Assembly: GCA_010909165.1 (NCBI GenBank)
Contig: VJWM01000323.1
Location: forward strand, 1-64,000
Length of the DNA: 64,000 nucleotides
Source: Anthoceros angustus
Lineage: Eukaryota; Plantae; Anthocerotophyta
Direction: 5' to 3'
Shown piece by piece: positions 36,933-49,320 of this stretch; the first letter of the stretch is position 1; every line of letters begins with the position of its first letter. Under the pieces are notes generated by a model, which was given only the letters and a program-made list of their open reading frames with translations, was not told where the DNA came from and did not search any database. A program made the translations under genes and the position numbers.

Positions 36933-38375
36933 CTAGCTGCTAAGTGTGAGATTAGGGTAGGGTTTGGACACCAAGTCCATAATACCTAGACACTTCATGT
37001 GTTTCCTATGCAACTCACGACCTAATGATTTTGTTAACAAATCAGCAGCATTATCTTTGGTTTGAATATAACTTATGTCTATTGTATTATCTTCTAACTT
37101 CTCTCTTATAAAATGATACTCAACTCCTACATGTTTTGTTCTAGAGTGAAAAACAGGGTTTCTAGCTAAGGCAATGGCACCCTGACTATCACTAAACAAA
37201 ATTGTAGGCTTAAGTTGAAAATGTTGGAGTTCGCCTAAAATTAATCGACTCCACACTATATCCTTTGGGGTTAATATACGATTACTAGATAGAGACAGCG
37301 GTAGGTTGTTTCTTACTTGACAGGATATGGGAGCTCCTCCTAAAAGTAATACATAACTTTGATCGGTTGCGTGAGTCGGGATCACCCGACATAGTCGACA
37401 TCGCATAAGCTGTTAATATTAACTTCTCGATGCGGTGTATGCTTGAACATTAGTCCTGCTTGCATAGTCCTTCAAATATCAAGATGATCGCTTCGATGTC
37501 CAATGCGTCGGATTCCAAAAATTGAGGCGAGCTTACTTCAAAAGCAATATCGGTCTAGTAAAATTACTCAAATATAAATTGCCAACAACATGTCGATATG
37601 GAACGACATCTCTAACTTCTCTTCGGCTGTCTTAGGACTCATATCAGAAGTAAGCCTAACTCCACTAGCAAAAGGTGTAGAAGCCGGCTTAGCATCCTCA
37701 AGACCAAACTTAATTAAGCATTCTTTAATGTACTTAGTTTGTACAATACTTAAAGTCTTATCATTACGATCTCTAATGATATTAACTTCTAGTGCATATG
37801 TCATCTCTCCTAAGTCAGACATCTCAAACAAAGTCCTCAACCAGGTCTTTGTTTCTGCTAGGAGTGTAGGAGAAGATGTGGCCATAAAAACATCATCAAC
37901 ATATAATAGGAGATAAAATATACCATATATATATTTACCAGATATATAGTTAAGTTTGGTCTTGAGGATAACTATATCTATATATAACTATATAGATAAA
38001 ATATATCTTAACTATATCTATATATAACTATATAGATAAAATAGTTAAGTTTGGTCTTGAGGATGCTAAGCCGGCTTAAGTTTGAGATTAGTTATATCTT
38101 TACCAGATATAAGACTATATAAACAAGCGTCACCTTGACTCTGTTTAAATCCTCTGCCGACAAGTTGCACATGAATAGTTAAGTTCCAATTCTTGCCTGA
38201 TTGCTTGAGGCCATAAAGGCCTTTAATAAGTCGGCATACCCAATCCTCTTTGCCTTTAACTTCGTAACCCTCAGGTTGTCTCATGTATATTTCTTCTTTC
38301 AAGCGCCCATATAAATTTGCCGTCTTTACATCCATCATATGGAGTTCAAGATCAAATTGGGTAGCTAAAGCAAAT
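36933..38375 (-). pseudogene. Copia B RT (C-terminal part) and RNase H
   Basis: FDLELHMMDVKTANLYGRLKEEIYMRQPEG...LYGLKQSGKNW; FEMSDLGEMTYAL; SDSQGAIALARNPVFHSRTKHVGVEYHFIREK...NAADLLTKSL. Confidence 0.93.
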
Positions 38376-41300
38376 TGTGGTAGGGAAAACCCCGGGGCTT
38401 CCGAGATCCTCCCACTCTAGCGGCCACACTTATCCCTTTAACCCGTCGTTGGGTTTCGTCCCATGAGACTTGTGTGAAAGTTCGAGGCCTTGCGATGCCG
38501 ATCGCTACTGCGAGACACAACTTCTCAGCCTTCTAAGAGCAAGGCGCCTCTACTCACCCCTCTTCTGGCCGGTGCACCACTTTGCTTGAAAAATCACCAA
38601 TCCTCGACCTACAGCGACCTGCAATTACGGTCACGCCTTAGCGGCGAGCCTATCACGGGCGCCAGGACCCCCCGATCCACACATTTCGTCCCTACTTCTA
38701 AGACCACTCTTCTCCACTCGGGGCGCTCTTTTACTTGCAGTTGGGATTCGTCCCTTAGGCTCTGCACTGTGGCCTTCACTAACCTACCTCTAATCTACTC
38801 ATCTCCTCATCCTCTTCCTCCTATTCTAACCTCGATTCGGGCTTCTTGGTTTGACTCGCCCTTGCACGCACGGGTCGGCCTCCACCAAGTTCTTCCTTGG
38901 GCGGTTGCTATGAGTTTGACACGGTGAGAACCTCCGAGTCTTTCCTGTAGTCTACCCTCAAGCCGAGTTCCACAGGCATTGCCACACACCCAAAGCAAAG
39001 CAATTTCAGCAACCATTCACAAGCAACTCGTTTAGGCACTTGTGAGCAAGTCCTCCACCAAGCACTCCACAGCGACTTCCTCTCTACGGTGTGCGTTGGC
39101 TCACGGTCCTCTGTAATGGCAAAGGACTCGATGAGTGTGGGCGCAAGGCGTGATACTTTACTTTGTGAAATCCTCCTCCTCTTATAGGAGGCCTTCATAC
39201 AACCTCCCTTAGGTGCTGCGGTCACCTTTTCCAATTTCTATTATTTCCTACCTTGACATTTAAGGCTGCATCTAAATCTATTTATCGATTGGTAAATTCT
39301 ATTCTACCTAGGATCATCCTTAAAGGATGTCAGCTTACGTCACCTGTCCTTTCTATTCTTCTATCTAGCATTTATGGTCTTTGACCATATCTAGTCTTCA
39401 CCTTGCTGGGACAGGGACGCGTCGTTGTGGATTGGCTCCCTCGCCCTCCTTTTGCTCTTGCCCCTTCCCAGCCCTTGTCATCTTCCTAATGTGTGGGGCA
39501 AGTACAATCTTGCCCCTTCCTCCCTCTCCGAGGGGCGGCGCTCTGATTCCTCCATCATCCAGCAATCGCGCCCCCCTCCGCGCGCTCAGGCGCCTTTTTC
39601 TCCTTCTTCTTCCCCTTCGGTTATGGTCCCTGGGGTTGAGATCCTTTTTGCTCCTTTCCTGTTGTTTGATTTGTCCATGCCTATCATGGAGCATCTTCAA
39701 AGTTCCTCCCCATTCTTGTGATGTTGTTTCACTAATCCTCGGGTCGTTGTCTCCTCTCACAGCGGCCTTCTCTTGCTCGTGGGGTGAGGAACTTCTCACC
39801 CTCCTTCTTCCTTTGGTGGATCTCCTCCTCCTCGGTGGGGTTGTCTCCCCACCTCCTCTTGTTCAGGACCCCGGCTCCTTCATTCACGGGAGGGCTCAAC
39901 AGTCCCGCGCTTGCCTACCGGTGGGACTGGCGTGTGTCTACGGTGGTCTGGCTACTCTGGTGTGGTGGGTGACCCCAGGAGGTGGGCTGTCCCCCTCCTT
40001 GCTCTCTGCGCCATCTTCCTCTCGGCGGCGGCTCTCCTTCCCTGACTCCCAGTTCCTCGGAGTCCATGTCACTTGATGGCCTCATCAAAATCGGAGGCCT
40101 CATGCACTTGCAGCTCCTTATCATCATCATGAGGACCCAATGTCCTCCTCTTGGCCAAGCAAGATCTCATTGTTGGCCTTCAAAATCTATTGTGAGTGAG
40201 CCCCAAGCTATGATATTGCATTTGGAGATCATCAATCTCCATAGGCCACTCTCCATCCTCACACCTACTGTAGGCGTCTCGCGGTGGTCAATTCTCCCAC
40301 CTTGACATGGAGGTTACATTCTCCTCCTTGCTTCCTTTAATTTGGTGGCCAATTTTTTGAAGGGCATAATCAAAATCCTCTTCCTCACCACCGGCATCCA
40401 TGTACCACTTTCTTGTGGTACTCCTCTTCTTGGAACCTCCTTTGTTCCTTCGCCATTGAGCAAGTCTCTCCTTCTCCACCACTCACTTCTCGCTCTAGCT
40501 CTCACTCTTGATCTTGAGCCTTTAGCTCCAGCCTTCTCTTCCAAATTGAAGGGTCCTTCTTCCTCTTCCATGTCCGGATCTTGATGGCTTGCGTAGCCAT
40601 CACACTGCTCTTGTCCATTTCTTCTTCTCCTTCCCCTCCGTTTTGCCCTTTTGCTCTTGCTCTAATTGGGCAAAATGCTCCTCGCCTTACATCTCCATGA
40701 GTCCTTTGGGTTGTCGAATGGCTCTCTCTCTTGTGACAACCTTCCCTCCGGGACTTTCTCCGCCGTTGATCCACAAGGTCGCGTTGAGCTTCTGACCTTC
40801 TCCAACTTGGCTGCCTTCGTCGGACTCCATGGCTCCAATTGCCACTTGGTCCTGCTTTCCTCCGGCCATGTCTTGGGCTTTCACTTCCTCTTGGCATGCC
40901 CACAAGGGGCTCCTAGCCCCTTCAAATCCACATGGTGAGTGCTTCACAAGCACTCGGCAATTCTCTAAGGGCCCAATTCCCTTTGTTCTTGAAATCTCCA
41001 GCTCTCCCTTGCTCGGGCCATCACAGCGGTCCCTCACAGTCGCTCCATCCGCCTTCCTCCAAGCGGGTGGTGGCCTGGCGCCCGCCAGCTCGTGTTTTCT
41101 CCTTCCTTCCCACCGTGGCTGCACCTTCTGTGGGGTGCTGCCTACAGCGGTGGTGCTCCCGCGTGCTCCCCTACCACTGATACCATGGTGGGCGCCCCTG
41201 ATGGTGCCCACCCTCTTGGGTGGGGCCTCCCCTCTGGGGTAGGCTGGGGTGCCTCTTCCCTAGGCACAAATGAGATGGTGGGGACTCCCCACCCTTGGTG

Positions 41301-43079
41301 TAGTCCTCCTCTCATAGACTACCATTCGGCCCTCGGCGGTTCTGCCTCCTCCTCCTTGCTTGTGGGGAAAAGCCCCACTCCGGCAACCTTGCCTCCTCTT
41401 CCCTCCTTGCTCTCATGCTTGTGGAGTCGACCTCCCATGTCTTCCTCAATGCAAAAGGCAAGGCCTTTCCAAACTTGGCTGGAGATGGATGACTCAAAGG
41501 ATGCCACATCTTCCAACTCCTTGCTTGTGAGAAGTCCTCCACAAATGCACCAAATAGGTGCTAAGGTAAGGCCTTGGCCCTTCCTCATCCACAATTTGGC
41601 TTGAGGAGCTTCTCCCGGTGGTGGATGTAGGCCTCATACATGATGGTGCCCAATCGGCTTGGCTCCTCTCGAAATCTTCCACAAAATTGGAGGAAGTTGG
41701 TCTTTGAAATAAAGTCCTTTGGTAATTTACCAACCCCGGCACAATCTTTGAAAACCTCCACTTGACTCCTTGATGCTCTCTTTTCCGGCCATTCTTGGCA
41801 TGGGCCTTCACTCCATCCATCATGTCGAGGAGCTCTGCGGAATTCGGAGAGGGTCCTCTTCCTCCATTCGACCTTTCGAGGAGAGCAATTCGAGCTCTCC
41901 TCCTCCGGTCCCATACACTGTCGATACTGCCGGTCCAGCGAGGATCCGTTCGAGCATTCCTTCCTCGGCGGCTGCCTCGATTGATGGAGATTGATGAACA
42001 CTCCTCAATCAATTCCAAATTGGTGTGCGGCCATACACCCATCAATTGGATGTTATCCTCCTCGGCTGAAATCACCAATCTCGGGGTTGGTGTGCAAAGC
42101 GTAAATTGGGGCATCACTCGCCTCTCCCCGGCGGCGCGGCTGCTGCCGCCCTTCCTCCTTGAGGAGGCCTTTGGCGGCTCCTTCCCTTGCCTTTCCTCTC
42201 GAGGCATGGCGCCTTCTGTTCCTGTGGAAGAGATTATCTCGATTCAGCACAAGCACCTCCCAAGCTTCTCCTTCTCAGTGTTGGGCCTGAAACACCGGCA
42301 AGGTTAGTGCTTGAGCTCCTTTTCTGCTTTCCTCTCTTCCTTCTTTCAAAGTGCCGGATAGCGCTCTTCCCTGGTCACGCGCGTCACTCTTGGTGCTCCA
42401 ACTTTTCGCTCTCTTCCTTTTCCGGCGGTGCTTTTCCGCTCCACTGGCGGCCTCTTCTCACCTCTTCTCCTCTTCTTCTTCCAATCGCTTTCAGCTGTTC
42501 CTTCCTTCCTTTCTCTCCCGTCTTCTTCGCTCGCCTTCCTTCCCTGGCGGCGGCGATGGCTTCCTTCTCTCCTTCTTGCGTTTACGCTCCGACTCAGTCG
42601 CGGTAAGTTGTCTCGATTCGAAGTGGAAAGTTGGCCAGCACTTTGCCCTCCAGATATACGCCACACGGAGGTTTCTCAACCCTAGATTTGTTCATCATTC
42701 CAAAATCCTAATTCCTACTTTTCTATTACCTTCTTCTAATTAATCTATATATTTATTCCCCTATTGGTGAGCATATATAGTGGATATCTCTATATCTAAA
42801 TTTCCTTTTTAGGCGAGTGCACTTACCGATGATGCTCTCTTTCTCGGCCTACGGTGTAGTGTGGCCTCGGTGATGAGTACGCCCTACCAACCTTTCGACG
42901 CCCTCCGCCTCGTCAAGTCGTTTGACCCGTTCTTCTTCTGGGATATCCTCTTCGCTTCCTAACAATATTTTACAACTCCGGCTTCAAGATTCTGAAATTT
43001 TCATGCTCCTCTTCAATCGTTCCTAGAAAAAATCAAACTTGTCTCTGGCTCTTTTAGTTGCCCAAACTTTTCGTTCACA
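38376..43079 (-). mobile_element. Solo LTR of the giant-LTR Gypsy family (4704 bp) inserted in Copia B RT
   Basis: TGTGGTAGGG...CGTTCACA with 5-bp TSD CAAAT (38371-38375, 43080-43084). The Copia RT frame continues on both sides. Confidence 0.93.
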
Positions 43080-43084
43080 CAAAT

Positions 43085-43469
43085 ATCATTGTATTGAAGC
43101 AGCTCTTGGGGCATAAGTAGCCTAAGGTATGTAATCGAGAACCGGGCAGGTAAAACCTCGGCAACTAAAAGCATTGCCTTATATCTCTCGATGGAACCAT
43201 CTCCTTTTCTCTTAATTTTAAATACCCACTTGCTGGTAACTATCTTCCGTCCCTTAGGTGGTTTGACTAATTCCCATGTAGAGTTATTAATTAAGGAATT
43301 GTACTCAGAATCTACAGCTACCTTCCATAGGAGCTGGATCATCTATATGATCATCAGACTCTTCATCATCACCCTCAAGAAGGTCATCAGACTCATCAAC
43401 ATGTGTGTCAACAGGCTCCTCTACTGGGTAAGAGGGAGGTGTGTCTGACTGTGGAAGATATGCTAACTC
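43085..43469 (-). pseudogene. Copia B RT N-terminal part
   Basis: VAVDSEYNSLINNSTWELVKPPKGRKIVTSKWVFKIKRKGDGSIERYKA. It is an inverted near-copy of 46350-46845 with an internal deletion. Confidence 0.9.
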
Positions 43470-46400
43470 AAGGAGTCTGATACCATCGAACATCATGTTA
43501 ATGCTTTTCGAGTGGCTCGATCTCAATTGGAATCTGCAACTGGCGTACCTATCACTGAAATGGAGGCTTACGTCATCCTATTATCTTCCTTGCCATCTTC
43601 TTGTAGGCCCTTTATTACTACTCAAAATGCGGTGATTATGCAATGCTAGAAAAACTGCTGATGAAGATCCGGATGAAGAGCACATCGGTGTTCGAACTCA
43701 TAGAGCATTGCTCACGAGGAGGCAAGTAAGACGTCCCAATCACTCCAGACCAATAAACAACGGTTATGTATAGGGGAGGCGGAAGGCGAGAGAGCCGAGG
43801 TCCCACTTCCTCGCGACAACATAATTCTCAACTTGGAGAATCTTCATCTTCTTTCACACACTGTAAGAGGTAACAAGAAGCGTGGAGTTATTTGCAATTG
43901 GTGCAGGATTCCAAATCATTTGGAGAAGGATTGTCGCAAAAAGAAGAACGGGGAACCTAGGAAGAGGCCCCACGGAGCAAATGTTGCGAAGAAGACAAGG
44001 CATCTTCCTCAACTCCTCTTTGTACTCCTTTGTGTGCTTGGCTTCTTCCAAGCCCTCCAATACCTCATGGTACTTGGAATTGGAGCTACTTCACATATAT
44101 GCTACAACAAAACTCTTTTGAGTCTTACTCGCCATAGGACATAAAATTTGTCCTCCTTGGGAGATGATCACAACCTACCATAGCGGGTGTAGGTTCGATT
44201 GTATTCAAGTGTGATTGGTCAAACTCTTCTTATTCATGAAGTCCTTCATGTTCCTTCAATGCAAAAAATCTTAATATCTTGCAAGTCTTTGTAGAGAACA
44301 CACTATGCAAGTGACATTTTCTGAATAGTTGTTCTCTCTTTCATAAGTGATACAAACTCATATGCACAGGCACTTTAGATGATGGTCTCTATAGATTGTC
44401 GCAAAAAGAAGAACGGGGAACCTAGGAAAGAGGCCCCACCTGGAGCAAATGTTGTTGCGAAGAACAAGGCATCTTCCTCAACTCCTGCTGTACTCACTGT
44501 GTGCTTGGCTTCTTCCAAGCCTTCCAATCCTCATTGGTACTTGGACAGTGGAGCTACATCACATATATGCTACAACAAAGACTCTTTTGAGTCTTACTCG
44601 CCAGAACATAAGACTGTTCTCTTGGGAGATGATCACAACCTAACCATAGTAGGTGTAGGTTCTGTTGTATTCAGGTGTGATTCAGGTCAAACTCTTCTTA
44701 TTCATGAAGTCCTTCATGTTCCTTCAATGCAAAAAATCTTAATATCTTGCAAGTCTTTGTAGAGAACACACTATGCAAGTGACATTTTCTGAATAGTTGT
44801 TCTCTCTTTCATAAGTGATACAAACTCATATGCACAGGCACTTTAGATGATGGTCTCTATAGATTGTCGCAAAAGAAGAACGGGAACCTAGGAAGAGGCC
44901 CCACTGAGCAAATGTTGTTGCAAAGAACAAGGCATCTTCTTCAACTCCTCAGTACTCACTGTGTGCTTGGCTTCCAAGCCTTCCAATCCTCATTGGTACT
45001 TGGAGGTGGAGCTACATCACATATATGCTACAACAGACTCTTTTGAGTCTTACCATGTAACACAAGACCGTTCTCTTGGGAGATGATCACAACTAACCAT
45101 AGTAGGTGTAGGTTCATGTATCTGTGTGATTCAGTCAAACTCTTCTTATTCATGAAGTCCTTTATGTTCCCGCCATGTGCAAAAATTTAGTGTCATTGCT
45201 AGTCTTTGTAGAGAACATACTATGCAAGTGACATTTTCAGAATATTTGTTCCTCTCACACAAGACATAGGACTCAAGCCATCTGCAGTACTTTAGATGAT
45301 GGTCTCTATAGATTGTCCGCCAAGTGGGAGTTTCCCGTTTGCTAATGTTGCCTCTTCAAACCAGTGACACCTTCACATACCATGCTTTGGCATTGTCGTT
45401 TGGGTCATCCTAATAGTCAAAAATTAACACAAATGTCTAAGGGTCCTCTATATAGAACTCCTTGCCTTGCAAAGGTTGAACACCTTCCCTGGTGCGAAAT
45501 ATGTGTCCTCACTAAACGCCACCAAGAACCTTTCAAAAATAAATCTCCACAAAGGGCCAAGACACCTTTAGAGATAGTGCACACAGACATTTGTGGTCCC
45601 ATGTCTACCCTCCTTTAGTGGTAGTAGATATTTTTGACCTTCATAGATGACTTTCTCTCGTTTGTCTTTTCCTACATCACGAAACACAAGGTGATGCCTT
45701 TCTCTTTAAGGATTATGGCTTGGGGTGAGAGCGGATAAGAAACTCAAGACCTTACGTTCCGACAATGGTGGAGTTTACATCTCACAACAATTTGAGGCGT
45801 TTTGTCTGAAGGTATAGCTCAACAACTCTGATTGTTTACACTCCTCAACAAAATGGCGGTGAAGAATCTCGCCTTCAAGAGATCACGGGTATTGTTGGTA
45901 CACAAGCTACTTTATCCAAAGGCTTATTGGTGAGGCCCTCCTTCAAAACGTATCTCATTAATCGATTACTACATCAGCGGTTCAAGGTATGACTCCTTAT
46001 GAAGCCTTCATTGGCAAGAAGCCTTCTATTGATCACCTTGATTTTTGGATCCTGCTATGTTTTTATTCCTAAAGCATTGCGTAAAGTTGGATCCTAAAGC
46101 GATACATCTTCATTGGCTACCGAAGGTATCAAAGGTACAAATTATTTAACCCTTCCTTCCAACTTATTTATGCTCGAGTGTTACTTTCCATGAGTCTTAC
46201 CTCTTTTCCCACCGATTGGGAGGCACCTCTGATTTTGATGTTTCCTCTCTTGATGAGACATGATACCTCCTCTTATTTTGATGATCTTGATTCCTTACCC
46301 CTTCCCTGCTACTCGTGTTCCTTTAGTTGAACCTATGCGGGAGGAGGAGGAGTTAGCATATCTTCCACAATCGAGACAACTCAACCTCCCTCTCTTACCC

Positions 46401-46845
46401 GGAGAGCTGTTGACACATGTTGATGAGTCACGATGACCTTCTTGAGGGTGATGATGAAGAGTCTGAGATCATATAGATGATCCAGCTCCTATGGAAGTAG
46501 CACCTACACCCAGATACAACCTCAGGTCACGTCCTACTATTCCTGGTCCTGCAGGTTGGACGGAACCTCCTTTAGGATACTTGGCTGTTTTTGATGATCC
46601 TATCCCTCCTTTCGTCTCTTTACTCACAAGCTGTCTACAAAGCTACTCTTGACCCAGAAGAACCACTTACCTTAAAACAAGCTTTCTCCTCTCCTGAAAA
46701 AGACTTATAGCAGGTAGCTGTAGATTCTGAGTACAATTCCTTAATTAATAACTCTACATGGCAATTAGTCAAACCACCCAAGGGACGGAAGATAGTTACC
46801 AGCAAGTGGGTATTTAAAATTAAGAGAAAAGGAGATGGTTCCATC
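43470..46845 (+). pseudogene. Copia B gag-protease-integrase-RT start (inverted relative to the LTRs and RT-RH)
   Basis: KESDTIEHHVNAFR...LLSSLPSS; CCHC CNWCRIPNHLEKDC; WYLDSGATSHIC; LWHCRLGHPN; LEIVHTDICGPM; LRSDNGGV; ends at KWVFKIKRKGDGSIE. Confidence 0.9.
43929..45317 (+). repeat. Tandem triplication (~465/468/449 bp) of the gag-tail/protease segment
   Basis: Units begin at GATTGTC at 43929, 44394 and 44862, with a fourth GATTGTC at 45311. Each unit repeats KKNGEPRK...HWYLDSGATSHICYNK. Confidence 0.93.
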
Positions 46846-47612
46846 GAGTAGGTGGTTATAGGTTGTTGTAACCAATTAACCATAAATAACTAAAGCAACT
46901 ACTTCTAACCCTAAGAATTAATTAATTATTAATTCTAGGGATTTGTCGCACGAGGTAAGCCCTTGAATTCATATAAGCATTTCCTCGACCAACAACCAAG
47001 CAAACAAATCTAATACGCAGATATATAGGTGCAACCAATAATAACAGGAGGGGAGCTAGCACATGTATTGGCACAAACACACTCTTCCACGAGAACAACC
47101 GCAAATTCCTCACACATCGCCTGAGTCATGGCTTTGGCCTCACAACGCCTTGCATTGCATGCTCTAGAGGACAAGCTATGATCGAGCTTATCTCAATGGA
47201 AGGGTCTGTATATACTAGACCTGGCACATATTCTAAGATATCCTATCATCAAGGCGTATGCCATAAATATCCTAAGAATACACTATAATATATACAATAT
47301 GCCAAAACATATTACTTGAGCTTATCCACTTAGCTATTGTATTCTAACACTACTAATATGCAAGGAATATGCCAAGCATATTACTCGAGCTTATCCACTT
47401 AGCTATTGCCAACCATGTTTAATTAACACTAATCAATGCTTAATTAACATAAGCACATTAGATTAATTAACACTATTCAAACACTAAATTAACATACGCA
47501 TCTAAGATTAATTAATACTAATTACTTACTTAAAGATAAGTAATTAGATTAATTAATGCTAATCAAACACTAAACCCAAGTGCAGAGATTAGTATCACAC
47601 GGCATGACAAAT

Positions 47613-49320
47613 GTTTGTGACGAGGTAAGCCCTTGAATTCACATAATTTGCCACTCAGTAGTCCCACGACTTGAAGAACCTCCCTCCGAGGTGGCTGTAA
47701 CCCAGCTTGTCTCTCCTCCTCGTCAAAATCCTCCATCGTCGATCCAACGATTTGTTAGACACATGCCAAGAGGTTCACACGTATGGCGTGTTCTTCACCA
47801 CGCCAAACAGGTAGGTATTTGCTGGCGTGAGGTTCTCATGATCCTTGCCATTGCAGAGGGATACCAAATCCTCAAATCTGGTTTGCTCCGCCTTTCTCCG
47901 GCACAGTCGATAGTAGGTCTCATTCCACAAATCCACCATGACTCCGTGTTTGTACAACGTCGCTCCCAAATGATGTACTGCATGGGTGACCCATGTCGGT
48001 GACCTCCGAAGGTGAAGTCTGCTTCTTGGTTTGAATGAAACCCACCGCATGCCTTGTCACTCCCAACACATGCTCAAGTGGTTGGCCTGATCTTCCATTT
48101 GGTTTCTTCAACCTTTCTTGGTGGAGACCCAACGCTTCTTCACTTCTTCCAACGATCCGCTGAGCAGTGTCAATCAACACCCTCCTTCGGTGCGAATCCA
48201 TTGATTTCAATGTGCCTCTCCCGATTGTTGACCAAAGCCACTCCCACGGCAAGATTCCGCTCCACAGAGATGCTTGGCTCGAGGTCAAGAATGACATCAT
48301 TGCCACTGGCACATTGTCGACACTGCTCCTTCGGGTTGTCATCCTACCGAGTCAAACCCCGACTTCCTTCACGCCAACCCCATGTCTTGTGGTGTAAACA
48401 TGGCATCTCCGGCTTTGTGCCATCGTCCACAGAACTGCAGGCATGGGTTTCTCATTGCTGTAACACACGGAGGGAGTAGCTGCACGTCGTGGCACAAACA
48501 CACCTCCCCACGAGAACAACACGCAAATTCCTCACACATCGCTTTCTCCTCTCCAAACTCGCCTTCTCTGAGATGCGAGCCGGAATGCCTTTGCCCACCG
48601 AACCACCGCTTCAACCCTGCTCGGTTTTGAAGTTGGTGTTTTACCCAGCTAAACAAACTGTAGGTCATCATGTTCATGTCAAATGCTTGTCCAAGCAATC
48701 GACAGTTCCTTCTGGCCACTCCTGGATCATGCCAAAATCTTCCGGACTTGCTTCTTCACGCTTAGGCATGCCGCACATTCTCCAACATGTATCCAAGGCC
48801 TTTCTTGCCCTTTTTGGATCAAGCGCAAGATCCTCATCAGTCATAGAACAATGCCGTTTCGTGGATCCTTGACCTTGACCCTTTCCGCAGAGAGGATAGT
48901 CCTTGAGACTCCCAACTGATGACAAGGTCCACCGGTTGCCCAAGACAACTCCGGGACAACCCTATCATCCGAACATCCATCAGCGCTTCCGGGTAACCCT
49001 TCACCGACTCCCACGCCGAGGTTAGGTACTCCCCATCAAGTCCCTTACGCGCCTGCGACACAATCCTTGCTTTTGATCCGGGTCACAATGCACGATCTTC
49101 GCACTTTGATGCCACACTCAAAGACTGCCCAAGCCGCATCGATGCCTCCAAAGAGTTCCACGAGCACTATGCCGCTTCCCGAGGTCGCCATGTGATGACC
49201 GGTGTTTAGGTCACAAACAGCTCAACCCTAGGCAAGAACTTACATGCTAGCTTCTCCTCATAGGACATCGGGTCCTCTTGCACCATCCTCCACAACTTTT
49301 GCACGGCTCATCGCAGCCAC
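47613..49320 (-). pseudogene. C5-cytosine DNA methyltransferase-like sequence, copy 1 (MTase ~48660-49200 plus an unknown downstream region), frameshifted
   Basis: Motif I IVLVELFGGI (49141-49170); ECGIKVRR.VHCDPD; motif IV position VDLVISWESQGLS (48901-48914 covers WESQG); motif VI GYMLENV (48774-48794); motif X-like CRLLGQAFDMNMM (~48665-48705). No introns seen. Confidence 0.85.

Larger units (their letters stand above)
34876..46944 (-). mobile_element. Ty1/Copia element B, rearranged (internal inversion, tandem triplication, nested solo LTR)
   Basis: 3' LTR at 34876-35023 with PPT complement ctcccact at 35024. 98 bp of the same LTR is identical at 46847-46944. RT-RH lies on the minus strand but gag-PR-INT on the plus strand. 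Confidence 0.75.
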
